From an uncultured delta proteobacterium (GTDB lineage Bacteria > Desulfobacterota > Binatia > UBA9968), in the NCBI GenBank assembly GCA_963737905.1, contig CAVTUQ010000019.1, positions 1 through 64,000 on the forward strand: 64,000 nt of DNA, in the 5' to 3' direction. Numbering within the stretch: position 1 is the stretch's first letter; every line of letters begins with the position of its first letter. Made by a program: the position numbers and the translations under genes. The notes beneath the pieces were generated by a model, which saw nothing but the letters and a program-made list of their open reading frames with translations, searched no databases and was not told the DNA's origin. Of this stretch, positions 63,410-64,000 are shown in pieces.

Positions 63410-64000
63410 ATGGCAAAAACCGAGACGCTAAGTCCGGCGCCGGTTATCCGTTCTTGGCTACCTCCACTGAACGGCGGCACCGCGCTTATGGCTGGGCTGA
63501 TTGGTATCATGGGATTTATCGTCGTGTATCCCTTGGTATTGATCCTGATCAACAGCTTCAACACCGCCACGATTGCCGAGCCGCCGGTATATGGATTGAA
63601 AGCTTGGCGCGACGCTTTCAGCGAGTATGGCATTTGGCGCTCGCTGTGGAATAGCGTGAAGATCGGCATCGTGTTGCAAGTGATCGCCTTGCCACTGGGA
63701 ATTTTTGTTTCCTGGTTGCTCGCTCGCACGAACATTCTTTTCGCCAACGTCTTTGAGTTGGGCTTCTGGATCTCGTTTTTCCTACCGAATTTAGCGACCA
63801 CGTTCGGCTGGATGTTGATGCTCGATCCAAGCACGGGCTTGATCAATGCTTGGCTGCGTCAGCTTCCTTTTTTGAGCGGGCTCAATTTCGACATCTATTC
63901 CTTCTCGGGGATCATCTGGGTGCACCTGGTTTCCACCGGCTTGTCGACCAAGGTGATGCTCATGACACCGGCGTTTCGGCGCATGGACGCGTCGATGGAA
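63410..64000 (+). CDS. ABC transporter permease, FbpB/iron-type (runs off the window)
   Basis: Open from ATG 63410: VVYPLVLILINSF, LWNS, SWLLARTN, FFLP..A..FGW, GLIN, F..MD.S.E. Confidence 0.85.
   Translation, partial: MAKTETLSPAPVIRSWLPPLNGGTALMAGLIGIMGFIVVYPLVLILINSFNTATIAEPPVYGLKAWRDAFSEYGIWRSLWNSVKIGIVLQVIALPLGIFVSWLLARTNILFANVFELGFWISFFLPNLATTFGWMLMLDPSTGLINAWLRQLPFLSGLNFDIYSFSGIIWVHLVSTGLSTKVMLMTPAFRRMDASME

Overview
Bacterial genomic DNA of moderately high GC. The gene content (many orphan solute-binding proteins, Rieske oxygenases, bicupins, UbiD, LLM oxidoreductases, palindromic intergenic repeats) resembles Candidatus Binatia/Binatota; that taxonomy is inference only. About a dozen otherwise intact genes, including conserved ettA, carry single-base frameshifts, often at homopolymers, which points to long-read indel errors. 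From left to right: a secreted S8 protease with three 140-aa tandem repeats beside a GT2/methyltransferase/GT-C glycosylation locus; LLM oxidoreductase, amidase, SBPs, ettA and tex; a lone SLOG plus nucleoside-deoxyribosyltransferase/TIR-like fusion gene; a xanthine dehydrogenase-family triad; a probable selenoprotein hidden by the ORF track (in-frame UGA giving a U-G-S-C motif, followed by a SECIS-like hairpin, fused to a ~350-aa uncharacterised domain); mscL and an AbgB-like amidohydrolase; a fragmented ~1300-aa NACHT (NLR-like) protein with a C-terminal PD-(D/E)xK nuclease; several intact and decayed toxin-antitoxin modules; and a large aromatic-acid catabolic/uptake cluster (40.9-64 kb) interrupted by a defence-like island (HEPN-like gene, REase-NTPase, hicBA). 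No rRNA, tRNA, CRISPR array or transposase was seen.
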